Positions 7,506 through 15,649 of a stretch of DNA of 18,424 nt are shown piece by piece. The notes under the pieces are model-generated. The model was not told the DNA's origin and ran no database searches. It saw only the letters and a program-made list of their open reading frames with translations. The position numbers and the translations under genes are program-made. This DNA comes from an uncultured Deinococcales bacterium (GTDB lineage: Bacteria > Deinococcota > Deinococci > Deinococcales > JAAFIG01). Numbering within the stretch: the first letter of the stretch is position 1; each line of letters opens with the position of its first letter. The stretch lies in NCBI GenBank assembly GCA_964247135.1, contig CAXTTL010000082.1, positions 1-18,424 on the forward strand. The letters are read 5' to 3'.

Positions 7506-8846
7506 TTAAGTGTTCAGATCAATCACACCATCGACGGGTTTGTTCGTGGCTTTGACGCTTTGTGCATTGTTCGTGCCGAGTGACTCGAGCACCCCACTTT
7601 TGCCGATCAACTGGGTTGCCATGACCATCTGAATCACGTTGCCAATCTGATTGGTGACATCGCTGGCTGCGCCTTTGCCGTCGCCAGAAATGCTGACCAG
7701 TTTGGCTTGCGCCAGGGCTTGCGAGATGGCTTGGGCGATTTGAGGCAGTTGTTCGATTTGACGGTATTTCAAGTAATTTTCGCCACCTGCCGAAATGGCT
7801 TCGTTAAACAGTTGAATGCTTTTGGCGTTGGCTTCACCGACTTTCAGAATCCGAACCGCTTCGGCTTCCGCTTGGGCTTGGGCTGCCATCCGAACCCTGG
7901 CGGCGTCGGCTTCGGCGGCAATTTTGACTCGCATCGCGTCGGCATCGGCGGCGACTTTCACGCGCAAGGCGTCGGCTTCGGCTTGCGCGACCTGCGTGGC
8001 GCGAAGCTCGGCGAGGCGTTGCTTGGCGAGTGCGTCCTGGGTGCTGGCTTCGGCTTCGGCGACCAGTTTGGCGTTCGAGGCTTTTGTTTGCTCGAGTTCA
8101 CGGCTTTTGTCGCTGATGGTGCGTTCCGCCTCGAGTTGTGCCTCTTTGGCACGACGGGTTTGTTGGGTACTGACAATGTCGGCGTTGGCTTGGGCTTCGG
8201 CGGCGCTTTGACGGCGGCGGGCTTCGGCAACCTCAGAGCGCACGACTTTGATGTTCAGGCTGTTGAAAATCAAGCCCAAATCGGTAAGTTCTTTGCTGCA
8301 AGCCTTGCGAATGATAATGGCGAGCGGATCGTCATCTTCGCTGTCGGGCGCGGGTTCGTTGCGCTGCCCAGCGGTTTTGGCAGAAAACAATTGATCGTGG
8401 GTCAAGAGGTTGATGGCACGGCGTCCGGCACTGGTCAACAGGTCGGAGAGCGTGTTGAGTTGCTCGTCTTCGGGTTTGGCGAAGTACCTGTTGGCGGCGG
8501 TGCGAATCAGCACGTCGGTGTCACCGACACTGACAATCGCGCTCGCCAAAACCTGAATTTTGATCGGGCGCGGAATGCCGTTTGCGTCAATGTCGGCGGT
8601 CTGGTCGGTGATGTCCAGGTCAACGTTGATCGCCTTGCTCGAGAGGGTTGTACCTTGGGTCAAAAGCGGCACCTCGAGGCTTTTGCCTGGTCCTCGGTAA
8701 ATGTTGGTGCCGCCGTTGACCCAACTGACCATGCGGATCGAACCCGCGTCCACGTTGCGTAAAAAACTGGTGACGATCAGTGGAATCACCACGAGAATCA
8801 CGAGCACTGCGGCGATAATCCAAATAAACGGTCCCAAATCTGGCAT
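7506..8846 (-). CDS. SPFH/flotillin-family membrane scaffold protein (446 aa)
   Basis: N-terminal TM helix, SPFH-like domain, long Ala/Glu-rich coiled coil (AEAEA repeats), SD AAAGGAGG. Lies downstream of an NfeD-like gene. Confidence 0.85.
   Translation of the reverse strand: MPDLGPFIWIIAAVLVILVVIPLIVTSFLRNVDAGSIRMVSWVNGGTNIYRGPGKSLEVPLLTQGTTLSSKAINVDLDITDQTADIDANGIPRPIKIQVLASAIVSVGDTDVLIRTAANRYFAKPEDEQLNTLSDLLTSAGRRAINLLTHDQLFSAKTAGQRNEPAPDSEDDDPLAIIIRKACSKELTDLGLIFNSLNIKVVRSEVAEARRRQSAAEAQANADIVSTQQTRRAKEAQLEAERTISDKSRELEQTKASNAKLVAEAEASTQDALAKQRLAELRATQVAQAEADALRVKVAADADAMRVKIAAEADAARVRMAAQAQAEAEAVRILKVGEANAKSIQLFNEAISAGGENYLKYRQIEQLPQIAQAISQALAQAKLVSISGDGKGAASDVTNQIGNVIQMVMATQLIGKSGVLESLGTNNAQSVKATNKPVDGVIDLNT
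7884..7982 (-). repeat. Three 33-bp (11-aa) coding tandem repeats in the flotillin coiled coil
   Basis: gcgtcggc(t/a)tcggc at 7903, 7936 and 7969, encoding AEADALRVKVA / ADADAMRVKIA / AEADAARVRMA. Confidence 0.75.
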
Positions 8847-8943
8847 TTTTACTTCCCTCCTTTAAGGGTTCGTACCTGCATGTTTTGCGAGACTCGAGGG
8901 TTCAGGTACGCACAGCCGCTCGAGTGAGGATGATTTCAGGGTT

Positions 8944-9516
8944 TTAGATTTTACTGACGATGCAGCTTCCATCGCTGTTGACAGCTTCAATCCGAACGTG
9001 TTGCCCTCGAGAAACATTGGTGGTTTTGTCTTTCAATGTTCCCAAAACTTGGCGCACTTGTCCGTCAAGCTCGAGTTCGATCAAACCTTGCCCGTTCGCG
9101 TCAAAGTTGGTGTTGGCGGTGGCGGTTGCGCCCTTCACACTCTCGAGGTTTTTGGCTGGGGTGCTGGCGAATTTGAACATGACGTTCCAGTACGGTTCGA
9201 CCAGTAAGCGCTCAAACAAAATTGCACCCGCGCCTGCAACCAAAACCGCCAGAATTTTTGGTAGGAACGAAACGGTCATGCCAATCGCGCCAAAACCGAG
9301 CGCCAGACTGAAAATCGCTCTGGGTGAAACAAAAGCCAGCAAGCGACTGAGGGTGCTGTGGTCGTGCGTTCCGTGACTCGAGGCGTGGTGATGCGTGTGC
9401 GTATGAAGATCGTGACTGTGGTTCGAGTGTTGCCCGTGATTCCCGCCGTGACTGAAACCCAAAAGCGCCATCGAAATTAATCCAACCAAACCGAGTACCA
9501 ATGCCATGAGGAACAT
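8944..9516 (-). CDS. NfeD-like (YuaF-type) membrane protein with His-rich loop (190 aa)
   Basis: Start moved to 9516 (SD GAAGGGAG, MFLMALVLG). Three hydrophobic segments, a C-terminal OB-fold-like region (GLIELELDGQVRQV...GQHVRIEAV), and the typical position upstream of a flotillin gene. Confidence 0.75.
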   Translation of the reverse strand: MFLMALVLGLVGLISMALLGFSHGGNHGQHSNHSHDLHTHTHHHASSHGTHDHSTLSRLLAFVSPRAIFSLALGFGAIGMTVSFLPKILAVLVAGAGAILFERLLVEPYWNVMFKFASTPAKNLESVKGATATANTNFDANGQGLIELELDGQVRQVLGTLKDKTTNVSRGQHVRIEAVNSDGSCIVSKI

Positions 9517-9634
9517 GTTGTTCTCCCTTCCCTCGCTTTTACGATACGCGATACTCCAACAAAACGTTCCCGAATGCACCTTTGACGGCTCGAGAGGCGT
9601 GGAAATAAGAATTGTTTGCGCTGCCGGGGTTTGC

Positions 9635-12130
9635 TTAAAACTCGAGTGTGATGTTTGCGTCAATCAGTTTGAGCAGTTCGTTAAATGGCACGGCTTTGGA
9701 CCAATAAAATCCTTGAGCGCGTGCGCAATTGAGCTTTTGCAACATTTCGACTTGCTTTTTGGTTTCGACCCCTTCGGCAATCACTTGCAAACTTAAGTTG
9801 CGTCCCAATTCAATGATGCTTTTGACCAAGGCATCGTCTTGCTCGAGGTCAATCACAAAGGATTTATCGATTTTCAAAATATCAAACGGTAAATGCCGCA
9901 AATGACTAAGGCTCGAGTAACCCGTACCAAAGTCATCTATCGCCAGTTTCACGCCCAAATCTCGGAGCTTGCGCATTCGTTCGGCGGCAGCGTCCACGTC
10001 CTGCATGACCAGGCTTTCGGTCAGTTCAAGCTCGAGTTGCTGCGGGTTTAAGCCGCTGTTCTCGAGGGCTTCGGCGACCAGCAGGCTAAAGTCGCTGCGT
10101 GGAAATTGAGCGGCTGAAACGTTGACCGCCACGCTGATTTGGCGGTGGGTGCGCCGTGAAATCCGCACGGCGTTCAGACATGCCTCGCGCAGCACCCATG
10201 CGCCGACGGGTGCGATCAAATCGGTATCTTCGAGCACGGGGACAAAACGTTGTGGAGAAATTTCGCCAAGTTGTGGATGCTGCCAACGCAGGAGGGCTTC
10301 GATGCCAGTGATCTCTTGGGTTGGATTGTTGCTGAGGTGGTATTGCGGTTGGTAATACAGTTGAAACTCGTGGTGCTCGAGGGCGTGGCGCAGTTGGGCT
10401 TCAAAATGCAGTCGATCCGAGGCGAAATCGCCCATGCGTGGCGCAAACAACCGATACGTGTTTTTACCCGAATCTTTGGCACGGTACATGGCGGTGTCGG
10501 CGTGCTTGAGCAGGGTTTCAACACTTGTGCCATCACTTGGATAAACCGCCACGCCAATACTGCCAGTGACGTTCAGTTCGTGTCCGTGGATTTGAAAGGT
10601 GGGGATCAAGGCTTGCAGCACTTTGCGGGCGACCTTGTTGACATCCTCGAGCGATCCAATATCATCCAAAATCAGTGTGAATTCGTCGCCGCCCATGCGT
10701 GCCACCGTGTCGCCAGTCCGTACCGAACCCAACAAACGACTGGCAACCTTCACCAGCAAGGCATCACCCACTCCGTGCCCCAGGGTGTCGTTGATGGCTT
10801 TAAAGCGATCCAAGTCCATGAATGCCACCGCCACCAATCGACCGTGACGTTCGGCGTTGTCCAGTGCCAACTCGAGTTTTTGTCTGAACAGCAAACGGTT
10901 GGGCAGGGTGGTTAAGGCGTCATGGTGTGCCAGCAACTCGAGTTTTTCCTCGAGTTCTTTGCGTTCGGTGATGTCAAAAAAGCTCGAGACCACCGCGTAT
11001 GGTTTGGTTTCGCCTTCGTGGGTTAACAGGCGGGTGTTGCCCGAAATCCAGATCAGGGCGGCGTCGGGTCGTTGTACGCCCATGATGATATTGACTTGGG
11101 TTTGCCCAGTGCGCCAAGTGACTGCCCAAGGCAGGGCATCTGGTGGGAATGGCGTTCCATCGGCTTGAATCGCTCGCCAGGGCAGTTCGTCCACGCGTTT
11201 GCCAATTAAACTCACGCCCAAAAGCTGTTCAGCGGCAGGGTTGGCACTTAAAACATGTCCCTTGAAGTCTTGCACCACCACACTTTCGGCAAGCGACTCG
11301 AGTACCATGCGGTGATGTACTTCGCTTTCACGTAAGGCGTGTTCGGCGTGTTTGCGTTCGGTGATGTCATGTCCCTCGAGCACCCACAAGATCAGGTTGC
11401 CAGATTCGTCGTGTAAGGCGCTGATCGCACAATCCAGAACCCGAGTTGATTCATAACCTTTTACCTCGAGTTCACTTCGACGAAATTCTTCTGCCGTGTG
11501 AATTTGGGTGGCTTGGTACGCCCATTTTTCGGCGTTGGCATTACTTTTCCACCAAGCCCCTTCCCAGAATGTCGATCCGATCAGGGCATCGCGGGTCATG
11601 CCCAGGTATTTCAAACCTGAACGGTTGACCTCGAGAAACTTTCCTTCGGGTGAAAGCAGCGCCATGACTTGAGAAGAGTTGTTGAAAATCGCGCTTAAGC
11701 GTTGTTGGCTTTGATTCAGTCGTTGTTTGAGGTGGTTGGTTTCGCTCAGGTCACGCAACCAGATCAGCAGCAAGTTCTGGTTGTCAAATTCAAATGGGAC
11801 GCTCGAGTATTCCACTTCAATGTGTTGACCGTTGGCGTGCAAACCAATTTTGGTGGTGTGTTTGGGTTGTCCGTGTTGAATTGAAGAAATTCTGTTGCTT
11901 AAACGCGCAGTTAAACTGTTCGCATCTTGGTCTGGGATCAGCAATTCAAAAATTTGGCGTCCCAAAACAGCCTCTCGAGTGTATCCCAGCAAACGTTCAC
12001 TGGCAGGATTCCATTCGTGAATTAAACCTTGGTGGTCAATCACGATCACACAAAATTGAGAATTGCTAATTAGAACCTCAGCCAAACTCGAGTTGATGTG
12101 TTGCTTGGTTTGGTCTGGGTTTAATTGCAT
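9635..12130 (-). CDS. Cytoplasmic PAS-PAS-PAS-GGDEF-EAL diguanylate cyclase/phosphodiesterase (831 aa)
   Basis: Three PAS starts (WNPASERLLGY, VNRSGLKYLG, ANPAAEQLLG), DLDRFKAINDTLGH, RTGD I-site plus GGDEF, EALLRW and DDFGTGYSS all intact. Confidence 0.95.
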   Translation of the reverse strand: MQLNPDQTKQHINSSLAEVLISNSQFCVIVIDHQGLIHEWNPASERLLGYTREAVLGRQIFELLIPDQDANSLTARLSNRISSIQHGQPKHTTKIGLHANGQHIEVEYSSVPFEFDNQNLLLIWLRDLSETNHLKQRLNQSQQRLSAIFNNSSQVMALLSPEGKFLEVNRSGLKYLGMTRDALIGSTFWEGAWWKSNANAEKWAYQATQIHTAEEFRRSELEVKGYESTRVLDCAISALHDESGNLILWVLEGHDITERKHAEHALRESEVHHRMVLESLAESVVVQDFKGHVLSANPAAEQLLGVSLIGKRVDELPWRAIQADGTPFPPDALPWAVTWRTGQTQVNIIMGVQRPDAALIWISGNTRLLTHEGETKPYAVVSSFFDITERKELEEKLELLAHHDALTTLPNRLLFRQKLELALDNAERHGRLVAVAFMDLDRFKAINDTLGHGVGDALLVKVASRLLGSVRTGDTVARMGGDEFTLILDDIGSLEDVNKVARKVLQALIPTFQIHGHELNVTGSIGVAVYPSDGTSVETLLKHADTAMYRAKDSGKNTYRLFAPRMGDFASDRLHFEAQLRHALEHHEFQLYYQPQYHLSNNPTQEITGIEALLRWQHPQLGEISPQRFVPVLEDTDLIAPVGAWVLREACLNAVRISRRTHRQISVAVNVSAAQFPRSDFSLLVAEALENSGLNPQQLELELTESLVMQDVDAAAERMRKLRDLGVKLAIDDFGTGYSSLSHLRHLPFDILKIDKSFVIDLEQDDALVKSIIELGRNLSLQVIAEGVETKKQVEMLQKLNCARAQGFYWSKAVPFNELLKLIDANITLEF

Positions 12131-12142
12131 CGTGTGAGCCTA
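12131..12142 (-). promoter_or_regulatory. Candidate leaderless promoter: TAGGCT, 6 nt, ATG
   Basis: Minus strand reads TAGGCT CACACG ATG with no SD. Confidence 0.55.
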
Positions 12143-12316
12143 ACCGAAATTTGAAGTTCTAACAATACTCGAACATCAAAGCAGTTTGATCTGGATTTTA
12201 AATGAAGTGAAGGTTTGTTCACAAAACAGTCTTTAGGTTTTGGCAAAAATTTGATATTCTGTTCACAACAAAAAACTCGAGCACGTTCTTGATATTCACG
12301 AAATGGAAAGGGTTTT

Positions 12317-12739
12317 ATGGCAGAACTCAAAACCAAACAAAACGATGCTTCTGTTGATGATTTCCTCGAGTCAATCCCAAACGAACAAGTTCGCACAGAT
12401 TGCCAAACCATTGTCCAAATCATGGCAAAAGCCAGCAACTCGAGCGCCAAAATGTGGGGTGCAAGTATCATTGGTTTTGGCAGCTACCATTACCGCTACG
12501 CCTCTGGACGCGAAGCCGATTGGATGCGCATTGGTTTCGCGCCGCGCAAGCAAAACATGGCGCTGTACATTGTCAGTGGCTTTGAAGAATACGAAAAACT
12601 GCTGGCGCAACTTGGCAAATACTCCAGAGCAAAGTCATGCTTGTACATCAAAAAACTCTCCGATATTCACCTGCCCATTCTCGAGAAACTGATTCAAGCC
12701 TCAGTCAAACACATTTCCGAAAAGTACCCAGAGTCTTAA
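12317..12739 (+). CDS. DUF1801 (YdhG-like) protein (140 aa)
   Basis: Typical sequence MAELKTK..ASVDDFL..MWGASIIGFGSYHYRYASGREADW..GFAPRK..LGKY..KSCLYIKKL. Purine-rich SD GGAAAGG. Confidence 0.88.
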   Translation: MAELKTKQNDASVDDFLESIPNEQVRTDCQTIVQIMAKASNSSAKMWGASIIGFGSYHYRYASGREADWMRIGFAPRKQNMALYIVSGFEEYEKLLAQLGKYSRAKSCLYIKKLSDIHLPILEKLIQASVKHISEKYPES

Positions 12740-12751
12740 ATTTCAACACAA

Positions 12752-12782
12752 AAACTCGAGAGACTTTTTGCCTCTCGAGTTT
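12752..12782. terminator. Bidirectional intrinsic terminator between convergent genes
   Basis: Perfect 11-bp inverted repeat AAACTCGAGAG-actttttgc-CTCTCGAGTTT flanked by A and T tracts, between the DUF1801 and DUF4139 stops. Confidence 0.75.
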
Positions 12783-12799
12783 CTTGATTCTCACGGCTT

Positions 12800-14077
12800 T
12801 TAATATTTGAAGGTGATCGTATAGGTCGCTTCAAACTTCTCGCCTGGTTTGAGCGTGTTGACGGCGGAAATACCCTCTTCGCTGTTCTTGTAGTTGGGCA
12901 ATTTGACCGCCTCGAGATCATAGTTTTGTCCGCCCAGAACCTCATTGATCTTGACCGTCACCGCCCTGGTTTTGGTGTTGACCAAACTGAAATTCACTTT
13001 GTACTTGATGTTCGTGTTGGTGCGGCTCAGGGTTTGCACCGTGCGGGTCAAACGCAAGTCAAAATCCGCGCCCAAGTTGATCGTGGCTTTTTCGGCTTTC
13101 GGATTGTCAGAAATCCGCGCCTGTCCGACCACCCTGGCATCTTCGCGCACGGTCATGACGCCACCTGGCAAATCCGAATCGGTTTTGATGTTGTAGACCC
13201 GACTCAGCGGCACGACAATTTTGGGGCTGCCGTTAAAACCGCTGTAATACTCAAAGCTCCGCTCGAGGCTGGCTTTGGTGTTAATAAATGGCAAACTGGT
13301 GGTGGTGCGGGCTGCCAGTGTGGCGGGGCTGTTAAATTTGAAGGTCTGCAAACCCGCGCTTTCACCTGCGGCTTCGACGCTCGGCGCACCGTCGCTCGAG
13401 GCTTTGGCAATCGGTGCGGCGGCAGCCACGGCATACGGTTGCACGTTTTGGTTGTACTCCCCAGAAGCCAGGTTGACCTGCCCTGCGATCAACTCGAGTT
13501 TTGGGGTTTTGTATTCCACGCCGCTGGCGTTTTGCACATCTGCCCAACCCGTCAGTTTCGCATCGTCGCCTTTGATCGCCAAGGTGTAACGCGGACTCCA
13601 AGTGATGCCCCGCGTCAGGTACGTCAGCACGCTCGAGCCACCAGCGCCGCCCAAAGTCCAAGAATAGGTTGGTGCGAAACGCACGCCCTCAAGGGTTGGG
13701 AAGACCACATCGGCAACGCTGGCTTGCACAAATTGATTGCCGATTTGAAACAATCCAATATTGGCTTTGATGACAATGGCTTTGACCAGTTTGTTATCGC
13801 GCTTTAATAGCACTTCTTTGCCTTCAAACGCCTCGAGCAAACTTGGGCTGGCGGGCAGCAAATTCACGTTAAAAATTTCTGGGTACTCGAGTTCCAAACT
13901 TCCAGGCACGAGGTACTGCCCAAGGTCGGCGGCTGGCGACCAATCAAAACGGTTGTTTGATATTTGCACGGGTTCACGGATTTCCGCAAAGTTGTAATAC
14001 AAAGTTGCATCGGTGGCTTTGGCGCTTGAGAGTGCTGCGGTGATGGCGAGAACGGCGAGTTGCAAGTTCTTTTTCAT
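12800..14077 (-). CDS. Exported DUF4139-domain protein (425 aa)
   Basis: Signal peptide MKKNLQLAVLAITAALSSAKA. Family-like motifs LTYLTRGITWSPRY, GWADVQNASG, LELIAGQVN and LPGGVMTVRED. Confidence 0.75.
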   Translation of the reverse strand: MKKNLQLAVLAITAALSSAKATDATLYYNFAEIREPVQISNNRFDWSPAADLGQYLVPGSLELEYPEIFNVNLLPASPSLLEAFEGKEVLLKRDNKLVKAIVIKANIGLFQIGNQFVQASVADVVFPTLEGVRFAPTYSWTLGGAGGSSVLTYLTRGITWSPRYTLAIKGDDAKLTGWADVQNASGVEYKTPKLELIAGQVNLASGEYNQNVQPYAVAAAAPIAKASSDGAPSVEAAGESAGLQTFKFNSPATLAARTTTSLPFINTKASLERSFEYYSGFNGSPKIVVPLSRVYNIKTDSDLPGGVMTVREDARVVGQARISDNPKAEKATINLGADFDLRLTRTVQTLSRTNTNIKYKVNFSLVNTKTRAVTVKINEVLGGQNYDLEAVKLPNYKNSEEGISAVNTLKPGEKFEATYTITFKY

Positions 14078-14089
14078 GCCTCGAGTGTA
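14078..14089 (-). promoter_or_regulatory. Candidate leaderless promoter: TACACT-CGAGGC-ATG
   Basis: TANNNT 6 nt before the ATG, no SD, overlapping CTCGAG. Confidence 0.65.
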
Positions 14090-14160
14090 CGGAAAGTTTT
14101 TTGGATTTTATGAGCAATCATTCAAGGTTCGTTTCCATTCTCGAGCATTAAACGGGGGGC

Positions 14161-14191
14161 TTGACTTTTACGTTACGGAAACGCCCATTGT
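14161..14191 (+). promoter_or_regulatory. MerR-type promoter/operator
   Basis: -35 TTGACT (14161-14166), a 19-bp spacer holding the dyad TTTACGT-T-ACGGAAA (14167-14181), and a weak -10 CATTGT (14186-14191), directly upstream of a MerR gene. Confidence 0.65.
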
Positions 14192-14224
14192 GATGCTCGA
14201 GCGCTCAAACCAAAGGAAATCAAC

Positions 14225-15052
14225 ATGAAAATCAGCGATCTTGCGCACTTGGCTCGGGTTTCAACCCGAACGTTACGCCATTACGACGAAATTGGTTTGT
14301 TCAAACCGACCCGAATTGATTCTTTAACCGGATACCGCGAGTACAGCGTGAGTCAGATGGCGCTCTTGAACCGCATCCTGGCATTGCGCGACTTGGGCTT
14401 TTCGCTCGAGCAAATTTCGAGCTTAACCGCCAATGGTTTCGCGCCAGATCGTTTACGTGACTTGCTCGAGTTGCGCAAAGCCGAACTTGAAACCCATATT
14501 TCGGAACAAAGCAAACGTCTCGAGCAGGTTGAGCAAAGACTCGAGCGCATCAACCAGGAGAGTATTATGTTTGATTACACAGTCAACATCAAATCGCTTC
14601 CAGATCATTTGATTGCTTCCGTTGGAAACCCAGAGCTTGATGTGGTCGAGGAAAACATTCGATCTTTAAAAAATTATTATTCGGTATTGTTCGATCATCT
14701 TGCTCAGCACGGCGTTCAGAGTGCCTTGCCTCAAATCAACATTGCACATCCAACAAAAAATGATTTCTGGAAGATGGAGGTCGCGCAAATGCTCGAGAAA
14801 CCCATCCCTGAAAGCGATCAAGTCAAGGTGTACCAACTGGCAGGTGTGCCAATGGCGGCATTCCTCGAGTTTCGGGGTTTGCACGAATGGCAAAAAGTTG
14901 AAGATGCCGTTCTGGGATTGCTGACCTGGGTGGAAGAAAACGGCTACAGCACTGCTGGAGCGTTGCGTCAAGTCTATCTCGAGATGCCCCAAGGGTACGA
15001 CGAGGGTGTGCCTTGCGTCATTGAAATTCAAGTTCCAGTGCAGCTCTCGTAA
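14225..15052 (+). CDS. MerR-family regulator with GyrI-like effector domain (BltR/BmrR-like, 275 aa)
   Basis: HTH MKISDLAHLARVSTRTLRHYDEIGLFKP..TGYREYS, a coiled coil, and a C-terminal GyrI-like domain (WVEENGY..GALRQVYL..IEIQVPV). Confidence 0.92.
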   Translation: MKISDLAHLARVSTRTLRHYDEIGLFKPTRIDSLTGYREYSVSQMALLNRILALRDLGFSLEQISSLTANGFAPDRLRDLLELRKAELETHISEQSKRLEQVEQRLERINQESIMFDYTVNIKSLPDHLIASVGNPELDVVEENIRSLKNYYSVLFDHLAQHGVQSALPQINIAHPTKNDFWKMEVAQMLEKPIPESDQVKVYQLAGVPMAAFLEFRGLHEWQKVEDAVLGLLTWVEENGYSTAGALRQVYLEMPQGYDEGVPCVIEIQVPVQLS

Positions 15053-15100
15053 CATCAGAAAACTTAAAGCCAGTTCACAAAATATCCCAACCAAAAGGAC

Positions 15101-15112
15101 TAGACTCGAGCC
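15101..15112 (+). promoter_or_regulatory. Candidate leaderless promoter: TAGACT-CGAGCC-ATG
   Basis: TANNNT 6 nt before ATG 15113, overlapping CTCGAG. Confidence 0.65.
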
Positions 15113-15649
15113 ATGAAAATCCTGACCGCATTTTTGGCTGTGCTGATTTGCTCGAGTCTCGCCTTGGCATTAAGAGTTGGCGAACCCGCGCCGCTGCCGA
15201 CCATCAAAGATTCGTTTGGCAAAACCATCAAGCTCGAGTCCGACAAGGGCAAATGGATTGTGCTGTTTTTTTACCCTCGAGCATTCACAAGCGGTTGCAC
15301 GGCGCAAAATATTGAATATACCAAGCGCTATCAGGATTTTCTCGAGGCTGGTGCGGTGGTTTACGGCGTCTCGAACGATGCCAGCGCCAAGCAGTGCGAT
15401 TTTGTCAAAAAGTATGCGCTCAAAGTGCCGCAAATTCCCGATACCAAGTTCGAGTTGGCGAAGGCGTTTGATGTCGCCTCGGGTTTGGGTTTGTACAACC
15501 GTGACACGGTTATTATTGCGCCTTCGGGCAAGGTGAATGCCATCAAGCGTGGGGTCAATGCAGTCAACGATGCGGCTGAAAATCTCGAGTTTGTGCAACG
15601 CAAAGGTGATTGCAAGGTTGTCCTAAGCGGCACTGTGTCTTGCGGTTGA
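15113..15649 (+). CDS. bcp: BCP/PrxQ-type peroxiredoxin with N-terminal signal peptide (178 aa)
   Basis: Peroxidatic motif FYPRAFTSGCT (PxxxTxxC), VYGVSND and the conserved Arg in RDTVIIAP. Hydrophobic leader ending ALA. Confidence 0.85.
   Translation: MKILTAFLAVLICSSLALALRVGEPAPLPTIKDSFGKTIKLESDKGKWIVLFFYPRAFTSGCTAQNIEYTKRYQDFLEAGAVVYGVSNDASAKQCDFVKKYALKVPQIPDTKFELAKAFDVASGLGLYNRDTVIIAPSGKVNAIKRGVNAVNDAAENLEFVQRKGDCKVVLSGTVSCG

Noticed and set aside
7707-8762. 351-aa plus-strand ORF (also 12926..13807, 10250..10915, 1472..2074, 6365..6946 and similar)
   Set aside because: Antisense shadows of well-supported genes, with no SD, no recognisable motifs and the composition typical of reverse-frame reading.
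8871-8910. 8-bp inverted repeat CGTACCTG...CAGGTACG between the NfeD-like and flotillin genes
   Set aside because: Short stem, 24-nt loop and no U tract, inside a probable operon; not distinguishable from chance.
12207-12222. GTGAA-N6-TTCAC dyad as a Rex or CRP site
   Set aside because: Spacing fits neither Rex (TTGTGAA-N4-TTCACAA) nor CRP (TGTGA-N6-TCACA), and the arms are only 5 bp.
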